Notes: generated by a model not told the origin, from the letters alone. Positions 19,708 to 30,389 are shown, counted from the first letter of the stretch. The stretch: 64,000 nt of DNA from Candidatus Heimdallarchaeum endolithica (GCA_021513715.1 CP084167.1:2240001-2304000); one strand, 5' to 3'. Program-made: numbers and translations.

Positions 19708-20733
19708 ATGAAATTGAAACATTGGATTTCCTTATTTCTTCTATTATTGGGCTCTTCTTTAATTGTTGCAGCCCTTACAATTGTATATTCTACTTATCCT
19801 GTTAGAAATAATATTGATCAATCAATTACTAATTATTTTTATTCAAACAGAAATGATGCAATCTCCCTCATTTTTTACATTATTACTCATTTGGGAGAAG
19901 AGCTTGTATACATAGGAGTAATTACTATACTTTATTACACGTGGGATAAATCAAAAGCATATAAGATTATGGCGGTTGTTTTAAGTTCTGCTGTTGTAAA
20001 TGGGATTTTTAAATATTCATTTAAGCTAGAGCGACCTAGTCAAGAGTTTTGGTATAAAGGCGCAGAAGAAACTTCACCAGGTCTTCCAAGTGGACATACT
20101 CAAATAGCAACTTCATTTTGGGGAAGTTTTGCTTCAATAGTTAAAAAATGGTGGGTCTATGTACTATCTGTTTTATTGGTTCTGCTAATCGGACTGAGTA
20201 GAATTATTCTATCCGTACACTGGTTTACTGATGTAATAATGGGCCTTGGTCTTGGACTAATAATATTAGCACTTTTTGTTGAATTTGAAGATACGATAAC
20301 TAGTTATGTTAATTCATTAGCAACAAGATATAAGATAATGTTAAGTTTTTTAGTTTTCATATTCCTTATTATTCCAGTTGTTATTGTATTGCCTTCCAAT
20401 CTTATGGTTGGGGATAATCAAGTTTTTCCTCTTCTTGATATGTTAAAACTCGTTACATTATTTTCCACTGCAACTCTCTCTTATGCAGTAGAAAAAGACC
20501 TTATCAATTTCAATTCTAAACCTGATAAGTGGTGGAAATATATTATTCGCATAATAATCGGAGTAGTTATGCTTTTTTTGTTTTATTTTGGGCTTAAAGA
20601 GTTATTTAAGCTAATTATTCAATCTGTTACCTGGACTGGGATTAAACCTACTCTAGATCTTATTCGTTATGGATTATTAGGACCTGTTTTAATTCTTCTT
20701 TCTCCTTGGATAATGAAAAAGATTGGAGTATAA
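19708..20733 (+). CDS. PAP2-family membrane phosphatase
   Basis: KxxxxxxRP, PSGH, SRxxxxxHxxxD motifs. Confidence 0.92.
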   Translation: MKLKHWISLFLLLLGSSLIVAALTIVYSTYPVRNNIDQSITNYFYSNRNDAISLIFYIITHLGEELVYIGVITILYYTWDKSKAYKIMAVVLSSAVVNGIFKYSFKLERPSQEFWYKGAEETSPGLPSGHTQIATSFWGSFASIVKKWWVYVLSVLLVLLIGLSRIILSVHWFTDVIMGLGLGLIILALFVEFEDTITSYVNSLATRYKIMLSFLVFIFLIIPVVIVLPSNLMVGDNQVFPLLDMLKLVTLFSTATLSYAVEKDLINFNSKPDKWWKYIIRIIIGVVMLFLFYFGLKELFKLIIQSVTWTGIKPTLDLIRYGLLGPVLILLSPWIMKKIGV

Positions 20734-20761
20734 ATGTAGTTTCTCAATTTTTTATTTTTTT

Positions 20762-20956
20762 TTATTCTAGATCTTCGAGAAGTAAAATATTAATCGCTCT
20801 ATCGATAGATGTAGTGAAGATTTTTCTATCCGGCTGCTTGAAAATAATGACTTGATATATTCCAGGAGCTACTTGTAAAATCTCTCCTTTTTTTTGTGTA
20901 GCTCTGATGTCTTCGTTTTTCAAATTTTCTTTTGGAATTATCTTTTGGATGGACAT
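20762..20956 (-). CDS. small hypothetical protein
   Basis: Short ORF co-oriented with upstream genes; plausible composition. Confidence 0.45.
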   Translation of the reverse strand: MSIQKIIPKENLKNEDIRATQKKGEILQVAPGIYQVIIFKQPDRKIFTTSIDRAINILLLEDLE

Positions 20957-20993
20957 GCATATTATACTATTTTGTGATATTTAAACACAACAA

Positions 20994-22181
20994 TTATTTT
21001 TTCTGTAGTTTAGCAATAAAAAACCCAACAGTTTGATCAATTCCAGGAATAAACCTTTGTATTCCACATTGAATCTGACTCTGACTTAAGTAGGTGTTTC
21101 CAAATTGAAATTCTTGTTCCACTAGTTTTAAATCAGAGTTGTTAATTATATATTCAATAACCTCTTCATTTTCTTCTTTTGTTATTGTACATGTAGAATA
21201 AACTAATATGCCTTTAGTCTTAAGCATTTTACTGCAAGCTTTTAAAATCTTTTTTTGATATCTTGAACTTTCTTTGATAATTTTATGTGAAATGCTTATA
21301 TGAAGCCTAGGTCTTAATCCTAATGCTGTACAAGGAGGATCTACAAGAATTTTGTCGAATTTAACTTGCCAATTTTTACTCATTTCAACAATATTGCCCT
21401 TAAGGGTTGTAATATTACGTAATTTGAATTTTTCAATTCGTTCGTTTAGTTTCTGTAGTCTATTACTGGATCTATCCACTGCAAAAATTTTGCCTTTCCC
21501 ACCAGAGAGTTCATGAAGATGAATAGTTTTGTTTCCTGGAGCTGAGCAACAATCCAAAATTTTATCTTCAGACCCCGGGTCTACGTTTAAAGACGTCAAG
21601 TATGCTGGGAAACTTTGAAAGAACAGAGGTTCATTTTCCATTTGTAACTCAAGTAATGAAGGTACTTTATATGGTGATAGTATATTTTTCGCTGCGATTC
21701 CCCTTTTTTTAGATAAAATCTCATTATGACTCATTAGAGCTTCTGCTTTAGCAACAAGAATCTGTTCTAGACTAACAATTTTCACTTGATCGTTTTTTCT
21801 TACTTTGTTTGCTCTTTTAATTCCTGGTATGAAAACATCAGAGCCTTGATAGATCATCTCAGAAGCTCTGTTGTCCACTACAATCTCTTTTAAATCTTCT
21901 TCCACTATTAACTTAAAAGGTCCTTTGGGTTTTACTTCGATTAGATTCTGGAATCTTTTATTTATACGCGCTTTATATCCTAAATTCTGTAGATTTCTAA
22001 GTATTATATCTATTTTTTCATAATTTTTGAAAATATGAAGAGTGTATTCTTCCATTGGTGTAATTATTGATTTAAGATATTTTTTTCTTAGTTTTTTTCC
22101 AAGTAGATCATTTAAATACTTGGATAACTCTTCTGAAATAATCGGTAACTCTTGATGATATGTTTTTTGCATGGTTTTCAA
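20994..22181 (-). CDS. RsmB/NOP2 RNA m5C methyltransferase with PUA domain (NSUN6-like)
   Basis: PUA-like 'GSDVFIPGI', 'DCCSAPGNKT', 'DPPCT', 'YSTCT'. Confidence 0.92.
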   Translation of the reverse strand: MKTMQKTYHQELPIISEELSKYLNDLLGKKLRKKYLKSIITPMEEYTLHIFKNYEKIDIILRNLQNLGYKARINKRFQNLIEVKPKGPFKLIVEEDLKEIVVDNRASEMIYQGSDVFIPGIKRANKVRKNDQVKIVSLEQILVAKAEALMSHNEILSKKRGIAAKNILSPYKVPSLLELQMENEPLFFQSFPAYLTSLNVDPGSEDKILDCCSAPGNKTIHLHELSGGKGKIFAVDRSSNRLQKLNERIEKFKLRNITTLKGNIVEMSKNWQVKFDKILVDPPCTALGLRPRLHISISHKIIKESSRYQKKILKACSKMLKTKGILVYSTCTITKEENEEVIEYIINNSDLKLVEQEFQFGNTYLSQSQIQCGIQRFIPGIDQTVGFFIAKLQKK

Positions 22182-22187
22182 CTTTTG

Positions 22188-22697
22188 CTATCTGTATAAA
22201 TGAAAGAATTTTACTGAATTTGTTTTTGTATCTAAAATTGCAACAGATGGATCTCCATACAAATCATAAACTTCTCCAGGATTAATGGCTAATGTATTTT
22301 CTATTTTTTTTAGCACTTTTTTGTGTGAATGTCCATAGATTACATAATCAAATCTTTCTTTTCCATAAATTAAACTGTTTAGTACTTCTGTTTTTGTACC
22401 GTGATACAAAGCAAATTTCTTATTATCTATACTGAATTTACCTATTTCTTCGAAGAAATATCCTTTTTCTTCTATTTTTTTCTTGATCAACACTGTATCC
22501 CCTTTGTTATTTCCTGCGCACAAGTAAAATCTTCCCACATAATTGCTGAATAATTCTATACAAAAAGGAGAAATTAGGTCACCAGCATGAATAATAACTT
22601 CTACGCCATTTTTTTCAAAAATTTCTAATGCTCTTTTTATATTTTCTCTTTTATCGTGTGAATCACTCATTATTCCAATTTTCATTGAATCACTCAA
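22188..22697 (-). CDS. metallophosphoesterase (YfcE/MJ0936 family)
   Basis: SDSH, HAGD, GNN, YHG, GHSH, NPG. Confidence 0.92.
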   Translation of the reverse strand: MSDSMKIGIMSDSHDKRENIKRALEIFEKNGVEVIIHAGDLISPFCIELFSNYVGRFYLCAGNNKGDTVLIKKKIEEKGYFFEEIGKFSIDNKKFALYHGTKTEVLNSLIYGKERFDYVIYGHSHKKVLKKIENTLAINPGEVYDLYGDPSVAILDTKTNSVKFFHLYR

Positions 22698-22714
22698 AAT
22701 TCTATTTCTTCTCT

Positions 22715-22799
22715 TGGTGCGGGGAGGGAGATTTGAACTCCCGAATCACTAAGAATATGGGCCTGAACCATACGCCTTTGACCGCTTGGCTATCCCCGC
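22715..22799 (-). tRNA. tRNA-Leu(CAG), CCA encoded
   Basis: GCGGGGA/TCCCCGC acceptor; TATGG-TTCAGGC-CCATA anticodon arm. Confidence 0.93.
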
Positions 22800-22948
22800 T
22801 TAAATAATCATCATTACTTCTTTTAATTTTATTTTAAATCTTATTCTATTGGATAAAAATAACGACTATGTTTTGTACTTTAAATGTTAACTTTTTTTTA
22901 AAAAATATTTATTAATTAAAAAAATAGAAAAATATTGATTTTTGGGGA

Positions 22949-25900
22949 TTAAGCTATGTCTTCAAGTTCAATATGCGGTGCAATACCTAGGGACATTAAC
23001 TCTTGTAGCAATAATTTGAAGGCGTAACTTATTATTACTCTTGACACAGTTGTTTCTTCTTTACATACTGGACAATGATATCTGTCCTTATTTTTATCAT
23101 GCATTGCTAAAAATCCACATTTTGAGCAGATAAAAGCTTCAGTTTTGTCAGATTCATCTAGTAATCTTTCTTTCAAAAGGATTGATGTTCCATGTCCAAT
23201 TAAACAATCTCTCTCCATTTCTCCAAATCGTAGACCACCTTCTCTAGCTCTTCCTTCTGTAGGTTGTCTTGTTAGCATTTGTATTGGTCCTCTAGCTCTA
23301 GCATGTATTTTATCTTGTACTAGGTGATGTAATTTCTGATAAAATACTGAACCGAAAAATATTGTTCCCTCGAGTTTTTTACCGCTTTTTCCATCATACA
23401 TTACTTCTCTACCTAATGGATGTAACCCCATAGTTTCCAAAATATCTTCTAAATCTTTAATTGAAACTTCACTAAAAGCTGTTGCATAGATCTCTTTTCC
23501 TCTTTGTGCTGCAGCTTTTCCTGCTAAGAGCTCCATAAGCATTCCCACTGTCATTCTGCTTGGTACTGCATGAGGATTGATTATAATGTCTGGGACAATT
23601 CCATTCTCTGTGAAAGGCATATCTTCTTGTGGTATTATTAATCCAATTACTCCTTTTTGACCATGTCTTGAAGCAAATTTATCACCAATTTCAGGTATCC
23701 GATCTGAACGAACTCTAACCTTAACTAATTTATTACCTTCATTTGTATCTGTTAGAATAACCATGTCGCTTATTCCTTTCTCTCCATGTCTCATTGCTTT
23801 ACTTGTTTCTCTTCTGTTTTGTGGAGGTACATCGAATTCTGTGTATTCTTCTAAAAATCTTGGTGGGCTAGTTCTTCCAATCAATACTTCTCCTCGATTG
23901 CCATCTACTTCTATCTCTGGTTCTATTATTCCATCTTCTCCAAGATGAACATACTGTGAGACATCTTTATATCCTCTTACTGTATCATCTGGAACTTCAA
24001 ATGTATCCTCTTGTCCATTTGGATATTTTCGCTCTTCAGCTTCGTATGTTCTATAGAATGTACTTCTTCCTAATCCTCTTTCAATTGATGCTTTATTTAT
24101 TAGGAGGGCATCTTCCATATTATATCCTTCATAAGAGAGTACAGCTACTACGAAATTTTGTCCAGCTGGTCTATTGTCAAAATGTATTGCATCCATTCCA
24201 TGTGTTTTTACAAGAGGTTTTTGTGCATAATGAAGAATATGTGCTCTTGTGTCGACTCTGTATTTGAAGTTAGCTGCATATACTCCTAAAGCCTGCTTAG
24301 CCATACCAGCCTCATAGACATTACGATCTGAACGGTTGTGTTCTGGATATGGAATTAAGGAAGCACAGATTCCTAATATTGTACTTGTGGTAATTTCCAT
24401 GTGAGTTGTTTCTTTAGAAATACCTTTTTCATCTAGAGCAATAAGCAGATTTTCTTCTTCTTCAGCATCTACGTATTCAATAACACCCATTTGAATTAGT
24501 TCAGACCAAGTTATTTTTGCGACTTTGGATTCTGGTATTTTAGATGTTAAAGGAACACCATTTTCAACAACAATTAGTGGTCTTCTTACTCTCCCTGCAT
24601 CACAGTTGATAATTAATTCGTTAGTTTCTTCATAGAATGAAACATTAACTTCGTGGTGGAACTCTCCCTTTCGTCTATTTTCAATAAGTTTGTTTCTGAA
24701 ATCCCAACCGTCTTTTGCTATTCCAATAAATCTTCCATTAAGAAAAACTTTTGTGTTTTGTGGATCTTTTAATAGATCCATTCCTTGAGAATTAGGTGTT
24801 GTCATTTCTTCATAATTAATAGGCACTAAGTTTAGTAGTTTAATGAGTTTTTGTTCAACTACTTTTTCGTCAATTCCAACGCTTATATATGCTTGTAAAG
24901 CTAAATTCTTAACTAAACCACAATTGGGTCCTTCAGGCGTTTCATTGGGGCATATTTTTCCGTAATGTGTGGGGTGTAAATCTCTTGCCTCAAAGTGAGG
25001 TTGGCTTCTGCTTAATGGACTTACTACTCTTCTTAAATGACTTAAAGCTGACATATAGTTTGTTCTATCTAATAATTGGCTGACTCCAGATTTTCCTCCT
25101 GTCCAATTTCCTGTAGCGAGAGCATGTCTTAATCTTTCTGTAATTAAATCGGCCCTAACTGCTGTTTTTAAGTTTGGTTTTTTTCCTCTTACCGTAACTC
25201 TTTCTAATTGATATTTTATATCCCTACAGAGAGCATGAAAAGCAACTCTGTATAACATTAGTAGAAGATCTCCTGCTAGTTTCAACCTTTTGTTTGCATA
25301 ATGATCTTTATCATCTTTTGGACGAATTCCTGCTTCTAGTTCTAGCAATCTTTGTGCCATTCTTGCTAAGAAGAATGCTTTTCTTATTCTAGATTTTTCA
25401 TCACTACCTAAATGTGGTAGTAAATATTTATCTAAAACTTGTTGGGCTCTGTTTATTCTATATTCTTTGGTTTGTCCAACGGCTACTCTTTTTCCAATAT
25501 AGTCAAGAGCACTTTCTGTTGAATCAATATCTGAATCTTCTCTCATGAGAATTGACATTACACGTGATCTAAGTTTTGGAGTTGGGCTTATCGCCATAGC
25601 AATCATATCATCTCTTTCTATTCCAAGAGCTCTCATGAGAAGAATCAGCGATATTTTTCTTGGCATGCTTGGGAAACTTACTCTTAATTGTCCATCAGCT
25701 GTATGCTCAGCTGTAACTGGCGCTCTAAATCCATGAATTACACTAAATACCTTAGCTTCAGAGGTTATGTTTCCTTTACTTGATACATCTTCAATTAGGA
25801 TTCTATTGGGAGCTAAATCTTCTTGTGTGACAATTACTCTTTCGCTTCCATTAATTATAAAATAACCACCTGGATCGCTTGGATCTTCACCATTTCTAAT

Positions 25901-26353
25901 TAAACTTTCTTTTGATAGGTTGTATAAAGAACATTTTTTTGATTTTAGCATTATGGGTAAGTAACCAATAAATACTCTAGCTTGTTCCTTTGGAGTATCT
26001 ATCTCTCCTTCTGCTTCCCTTTTAATTGGAGTCATATATAAAAACATTCGAGATGCATAAGTCAAATTTCTGATTCTTGCTTCCATTGGATAAATTGTAC
26101 TTTGAGACCCATCTGCTTCACGAACAGTCGGTTCTTCAACTTCTATTTTATCTAATCGAATATAATAGTCACTGTCTTCAGGTTCAATGATTTTTATTTC
26201 TTCAAGAACTGATTGTAAACCGTGTTCAATAAAGGAATTGAAGCTATCGAGATGTTGCCTTACCAATCCAAGTTCGTCAAACATTCGATTTATGTAAACC
26301 CACCTATCATTGTTATTTTTTTGTGAGCTGCTATTCAATTTAGTTTTAGACAT
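22949..26353 (-). CDS. rpoB: DNA-directed RNA polymerase subunit B (Rpo2), unsplit
   Basis: GGYFIINGSE, ETPEG, GDKFASRHGQKG, GGLRFGEMERD, C-terminal Zn site. Confidence 0.98.
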   Translation of the reverse strand: MSKTKLNSSSQKNNNDRWVYINRMFDELGLVRQHLDSFNSFIEHGLQSVLEEIKIIEPEDSDYYIRLDKIEVEEPTVREADGSQSTIYPMEARIRNLTYASRMFLYMTPIKREAEGEIDTPKEQARVFIGYLPIMLKSKKCSLYNLSKESLIRNGEDPSDPGGYFIINGSERVIVTQEDLAPNRILIEDVSSKGNITSEAKVFSVIHGFRAPVTAEHTADGQLRVSFPSMPRKISLILLMRALGIERDDMIAMAISPTPKLRSRVMSILMREDSDIDSTESALDYIGKRVAVGQTKEYRINRAQQVLDKYLLPHLGSDEKSRIRKAFFLARMAQRLLELEAGIRPKDDKDHYANKRLKLAGDLLLMLYRVAFHALCRDIKYQLERVTVRGKKPNLKTAVRADLITERLRHALATGNWTGGKSGVSQLLDRTNYMSALSHLRRVVSPLSRSQPHFEARDLHPTHYGKICPNETPEGPNCGLVKNLALQAYISVGIDEKVVEQKLIKLLNLVPINYEEMTTPNSQGMDLLKDPQNTKVFLNGRFIGIAKDGWDFRNKLIENRRKGEFHHEVNVSFYEETNELIINCDAGRVRRPLIVVENGVPLTSKIPESKVAKITWSELIQMGVIEYVDAEEEENLLIALDEKGISKETTHMEITTSTILGICASLIPYPEHNRSDRNVYEAGMAKQALGVYAANFKYRVDTRAHILHYAQKPLVKTHGMDAIHFDNRPAGQNFVVAVLSYEGYNMEDALLINKASIERGLGRSTFYRTYEAEERKYPNGQEDTFEVPDDTVRGYKDVSQYVHLGEDGIIEPEIEVDGNRGEVLIGRTSPPRFLEEYTEFDVPPQNRRETSKAMRHGEKGISDMVILTDTNEGNKLVKVRVRSDRIPEIGDKFASRHGQKGVIGLIIPQEDMPFTENGIVPDIIINPHAVPSRMTVGMLMELLAGKAAAQRGKEIYATAFSEVSIKDLEDILETMGLHPLGREVMYDGKSGKKLEGTIFFGSVFYQKLHHLVQDKIHARARGPIQMLTRQPTEGRAREGGLRFGEMERDCLIGHGTSILLKERLLDESDKTEAFICSKCGFLAMHDKNKDRYHCPVCKEETTVSRVIISYAFKLLLQELMSLGIAPHIELEDIA

Positions 26354-26553
26354 TAAAACACCTATTTTATGAATTCATAAAAATTATTTCTCTTGTTTGT
26401 GAATTCTGTGTTGTAATAAAAAGCTGTTGTTTTTTGACATGTTTTGTAAAAAATATTTGAATACAAAGAATTAAAAAGCTATTGAAAAATATTCATAAAT
26501 ATAAAGCATATTGCACTAATTAAGTTACTTTGGTAATGCAAACTGATTTGTGA

Positions 26554-26997
26554 GTGAAAATGACTGGTAATGGAGTTAAACTTTCTATTGATGAAATGCA
26601 ATTTATTACAATTTATCAAGGCATTGTAAATATAAAGATAAGAGATTGTATAATAGAAGAGAGTGAAAATAAAGTTTTGTTTGTAGTTGAAGAAGGACAA
26701 GCTGGATTAGCTATAGGAAAAAGAGGAACAAATATAAACAAATTAAAGGAATTAATTGCTCGTGATGTGGAAATTATTGAATACTCAAGCAAACCATCCA
26801 TCTTCATAAAAAACTGTTTCCTTCCTATTATACCTAAAGACGTTTCTATTCAAAACAGAAAAAACGGTCGTGTAGCCGTTGTAACTGTAGATCAAAAGGA
26901 CATTGGCCTTGCAATAGGGCGTGATGGTCGTACAATAAAAAAGGTTAAGCAATTAGTTGCAAGACAGTTTGATATAGTTGATGTAGTAATAAAATAA
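26554..26997 (+). CDS. nusA: archaeal NusA (KH domains)
   Basis: Two 'GLAIGKRG / GLAIGRDG' KH motifs; 'VEIIEYS'. Confidence 0.93.
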   Translation: MKMTGNGVKLSIDEMQFITIYQGIVNIKIRDCIIEESENKVLFVVEEGQAGLAIGKRGTNINKLKELIARDVEIIEYSSKPSIFIKNCFLPIIPKDVSIQNRKNGRVAVVTVDQKDIGLAIGRDGRTIKKVKQLVARQFDIVDVVIK

Positions 26998-27018
26998 TAT
27001 TGGCGACTGAGTTTAAAA

Positions 27019-27426
27019 ATGATAGTTGATTTTGGGACAAGAAATAAAAAAATAAAAGCATTGTTCAAAATAATTAAAGAAGAAAAAATCTTTTCTGAAT
27101 CATTGGAAAATGAGGTAATAAGTTTATTTGGAGATCGAGGAGAAAAAGCAATAAAAATATTAAAAAATAAAAGATTGGTAAAACTAAAAATAAAATCTAA
27201 TCTCTGTTTTTGGATTGTAAAGGGAAAAAACAGTGATTATGTAATCATTGATACTCTCTATTGCGATTGTAGAGATTTCTATATGCGTATAATTAACAGG
27301 AATAATGATGAACCCTGTTACCATTTATTGGCTAAAATAATAGGTGAAAAATTAAACTTATATCAAGAACAAGAAATGGGTGAAATAGAATATAATTCAT
27401 TAATTTATGATCTTTATTATAAATAA
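27019..27426 (+). CDS. SWIM zinc-finger protein
   Basis: CDC...PCYH. Confidence 0.8.
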   Translation: MIVDFGTRNKKIKALFKIIKEEKIFSESLENEVISLFGDRGEKAIKILKNKRLVKLKIKSNLCFWIVKGKNSDYVIIDTLYCDCRDFYMRIINRNNDEPCYHLLAKIIGEKLNLYQEQEMGEIEYNSLIYDLYYK

Positions 27427-27631
27427 TAGAATTTTCTGGGTTAAATAAAAAAGTTGCCTTTATGCAATTTAAATGTTTTAAATGTTATAAACAGTCGGTT
27501 CTTATAATTAAGCTGCGTTTAATGTGTTTATGGCTTAAAATAAGCGTTCAAAATCAAGTCACTAATATTTTTGTATTATTTTAAAAATGGAAGTAGAATT
27601 GTTTTCTGACAAACCGCATTAACTTTTTTAT

Positions 27632-27748
27632 TGGTGGCTCGGGGGGGTTTCGATCCCCCGACCTCAAGATTTCTCCTCGCAAGCCTTAATCTAGCCCTTT
27701 AACATAAGATTATGAGTCTTGCGCTCTAGCCTGCTGAGCTACCGAGCC
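27632..27748 (-). tRNA. tRNA-Met(CAT), elongator type, 40-nt intron at 37/38 (27671-27710), CCA encoded
   Basis: GGCTCGG/CCGAGCC acceptor; CAAGA-CTCATA^A-TCTTG; Ile2 identity not excluded. Confidence 0.85.
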
Positions 27749-27897
27749 TATAGGTTTGTAATTTTCCTTTTTGTAATTTTTCATATTATTGTATATTTAT
27801 TTCTTTTGTTATGTTGGATTTTTTGTAAAAAGTGAAAGAAGATAGTTGTTTTTTATAACTTTAGAGATTTTTTGATATACACTATATTTTATGTGCT

Positions 27898-28081
27898 GTG
27901 GAGTGAAGGTGAAAAAAGGAGATTTTCTTTTTCTTCCTTCTTTATAATTCACACGATTCGTGTATAGAGTCTGTCTCATTTTCTTCTTTTATGTAGGTGT
28001 GGTTGAGATCTCAAGCACTAAACTTTTCTTTTCCCTCTTGAAAGACAGAATGTAAAAAACTTATGAGAAAAAGTAAATCAT
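27898..28081 (+). ncRNA. orphan omegaRNA-like / element right-end copy without tnpB
   Basis: Colinear blocks shared with 15659-15848: GTGGAGTGAAG, CGATTCGTGTAT, GTCTGTCT, TCTCAAG, TCTTGAAAGAC, AAAAAGTAAATCAT. Confidence 0.75.
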
Positions 28082-28119
28082 AAATAAAAAATAATATAAA
28101 GCATATTTTTTAATCCACT

Positions 28120-28320
28120 TTGAAAGCAATGAGTCGAAGACAAACTAAAAGAAAAAGTCGTGATACTAGTCCAATGCCTGCAACAGGAGCAGGATTAATG
28201 CGTTATTATGATGAGGACTTACCTGGTGTTAAAGTAGGACCTTGGTATGTAATCGCTTTTGCATTAATATTAATTGTAGCAGTTTTTATGGGTAACATCT
28301 TCACTCCAAATTTAAGTTAG
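28120..28320 (+). CDS. secG: preprotein translocase subunit Sec61beta
   Basis: 'GAGLMRYYDED..GVKVGP' plus a single C-terminal TM. Confidence 0.9.
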   Translation: MKAMSRRQTKRKSRDTSPMPATGAGLMRYYDEDLPGVKVGPWYVIAFALILIVAVFMGNIFTPNLS

Positions 28321-28436
28321 AGGTTATTAAACTCTCTTTTACATTTTAATTCAGTAAAGTATCTTATGAGGAAGATAAAAAAGGTTTTTTCATCAATAAG
28401 TTAAAAAATGGAGAGAATAATTGTTTACTAATCAAA

Positions 28437-28916
28437 ATGACAAAAGCGATAGTAAAAACTAATAAGGGAACATTTGAAATTGAATTTTATGATAAGCAGA
28501 CTCCAAATACTACCAAAAATTTTGTAATGCTAGCAAAAAAAGGATTTTATAATGGAGTTAAATTTCACAGGGTGATACCTGATTTTGTTGTCCAGGGTGG
28601 TGACCCTACAGGAACAGGTCGAGGGGGACCTGGTTACAAATTTGCTGATGAGTTAAATAATGATGTCCAACATCATGATTTAGGCGCTGTTTCTATGGCA
28701 AATGCGGGACCCAATACAAACGGTTCACAGTTTTTTATTGTTTTAAATCCAAAAAACTGTAAACATCTAGATGGTAAACATACTGTTTTTGGAAGAGTAA
28801 TAAAAGGAATTGATGTAGTAAATACAATAGTTCAAGGTGATACGATGCTAGAAGTTTCTATTGTTGAGGAGTCAGATATAATAAAAAACCATGAATTTCA
28901 GAAATTACCAATTTAA
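28437..28916 (+). CDS. cyclophilin-type peptidyl-prolyl isomerase
   Basis: [40 protein letters not shown]. Confidence 0.97.
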   Translation: MTKAIVKTNKGTFEIEFYDKQTPNTTKNFVMLAKKGFYNGVKFHRVIPDFVVQGGDPTGTGRGGPGYKFADELNNDVQHHDLGAVSMANAGPNTNGSQFFIVLNPKNCKHLDGKHTVFGRVIKGIDVVNTIVQGDTMLEVSIVEESDIIKNHEFQKLPI

Positions 28917-29039
28917 TTTTTGTTCAAAGCAATTGTAAGTTAATCTCGCTCTCAGGTAAGTTACTTCAATAGAATAAACAAGAGGAACTAACCATTCATT
29001 GAAGCAGAAGAGAGAGTTAACTACTTCTCCATTAACTTA

Positions 29040-29130
29040 ATTTATGAACTGTTTTAGAAGTGTGACCGCAATGAGAACAAGTCTAGCTATTTTCTGAGGG
29101 TCAACTGTTATAACTGGTTATGCTGGTGAG
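29040..29130 (-). pseudogene. decayed canonical IS200/IS605-type tnpB fragment
   Basis: PVITVDPQ /frameshift/ NS*TCSHCGH resembles the TnpB 'VDPxxTSxxCSxCG' motif. Confidence 0.5.
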
Positions 29131-29205
29131 ATAAGGAGATCAAGAACGAGAGGAAAAAGATGTAAGACCACTTATTTATTTCTTGTAATTGAAAAATTTT
29201 TTTGT

Positions 29206-30147
29206 TTAAAGAAGAATTACCTTATTAATACTGTCGATTAAATATTGTGTGTCATCAATAAATTCGCTTAATTTTCTAGTTATTTCCGACTTTAGAGAAA
29301 ATTTATTTAAAGCTATTTTCTCTTCTAACATTAAAAGATTGGTTTTAATGTTAGTAATCTCGGTATAAACTGTGATCAAATCATTTTCTCGAAGCGCATT
29401 TAATAGCGATTCTAAAATATCTAGGATATAATAAAGTTGTGTATTAATAGATCCAGATTCATCGAAATCTTCCATCATTAGATTAAATGATATCTCCTCG
29501 ACAACTGAGTAGATGTCTTCATAAGCTATTTCAAACATTGATAATACTAGTTCGTCTATTTCAAATTCTTGTTCATCATTCAAATCTTTTACATTAAGTT
29601 GTTTTTTTATGAGATTCAATTCTTCATCCAACCAATTGGTAAATGAAGGTGTAATTATGGGATTTGATTTTTGAAGTGAACTAGCAGGGATAAAATCTTT
29701 TAACGGTGGATATTTTTTATAATACTCTGTTTTAATTTCTGAATTTACTATAAACTCAGGATAGTTTTCATAGACATACTCAATTAACTGTCTAATGCTA
29801 TAGTTTTTGAAATCATAGCATAGATCTTGTATAACCTGTTCATAAATTTCCGGGATGTCATGTTCTAGTAAATATTCTTCTCCATATTCTGTTAATTGAT
29901 ATCTATGAATTACTTCTCCGTCTCCTCTGTCTTCCTCAATGTGGAAAATATAACCATATTCTATTAAATCCTCTAAATCTTCTTGCAGTGTTTGGCAGTA
30001 TGGTCCATATTTAAATGGGATAAAGGAGTATCCTGTATTTAAGTGATAATTATGCTCCAAAAGAAAAACGTACTTTTGAAACTGGATCCTTCCATGTATA
30101 TATCCTGCATGTTTAAGTAGCGTAAGAAGGATAAGATTACGAGACAT
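29206..30147 (-). CDS. SocA/Panacea (DUF4065-like) domain protein with acidic C-terminal extension
   Basis: 'GRIQFQKYVFLL...YSFIPFKYGPY...LIEYVYENYPE'. Confidence 0.7.
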   Translation of the reverse strand: MSRNLILLTLLKHAGYIHGRIQFQKYVFLLEHNYHLNTGYSFIPFKYGPYCQTLQEDLEDLIEYGYIFHIEEDRGDGEVIHRYQLTEYGEEYLLEHDIPEIYEQVIQDLCYDFKNYSIRQLIEYVYENYPEFIVNSEIKTEYYKKYPPLKDFIPASSLQKSNPIITPSFTNWLDEELNLIKKQLNVKDLNDEQEFEIDELVLSMFEIAYEDIYSVVEEISFNLMMEDFDESGSINTQLYYILDILESLLNALRENDLITVYTEITNIKTNLLMLEEKIALNKFSLKSEITRKLSEFIDDTQYLIDSINKVILL

Positions 30148-30389
30148 TCTACTAGTAAATATTAGAAAACACTATTTAAACTCAACTAAGAAATTTATCA
30201 ACCAAAGAATTTGGTATAGTAATTAAGAAATACTACGTCATCCTATCGTTTTTAACTATTTTGTTATTATAAACTATAATGGCCAGTTTGCTTAAAATTT
30301 CTGACCATTATTACTTTAATACTTTCAAAAAGTAAAAAAACGATAAGTTTAAATGAAATATGAATCTAAAGGGTGTAGAGTTAAAAAAC

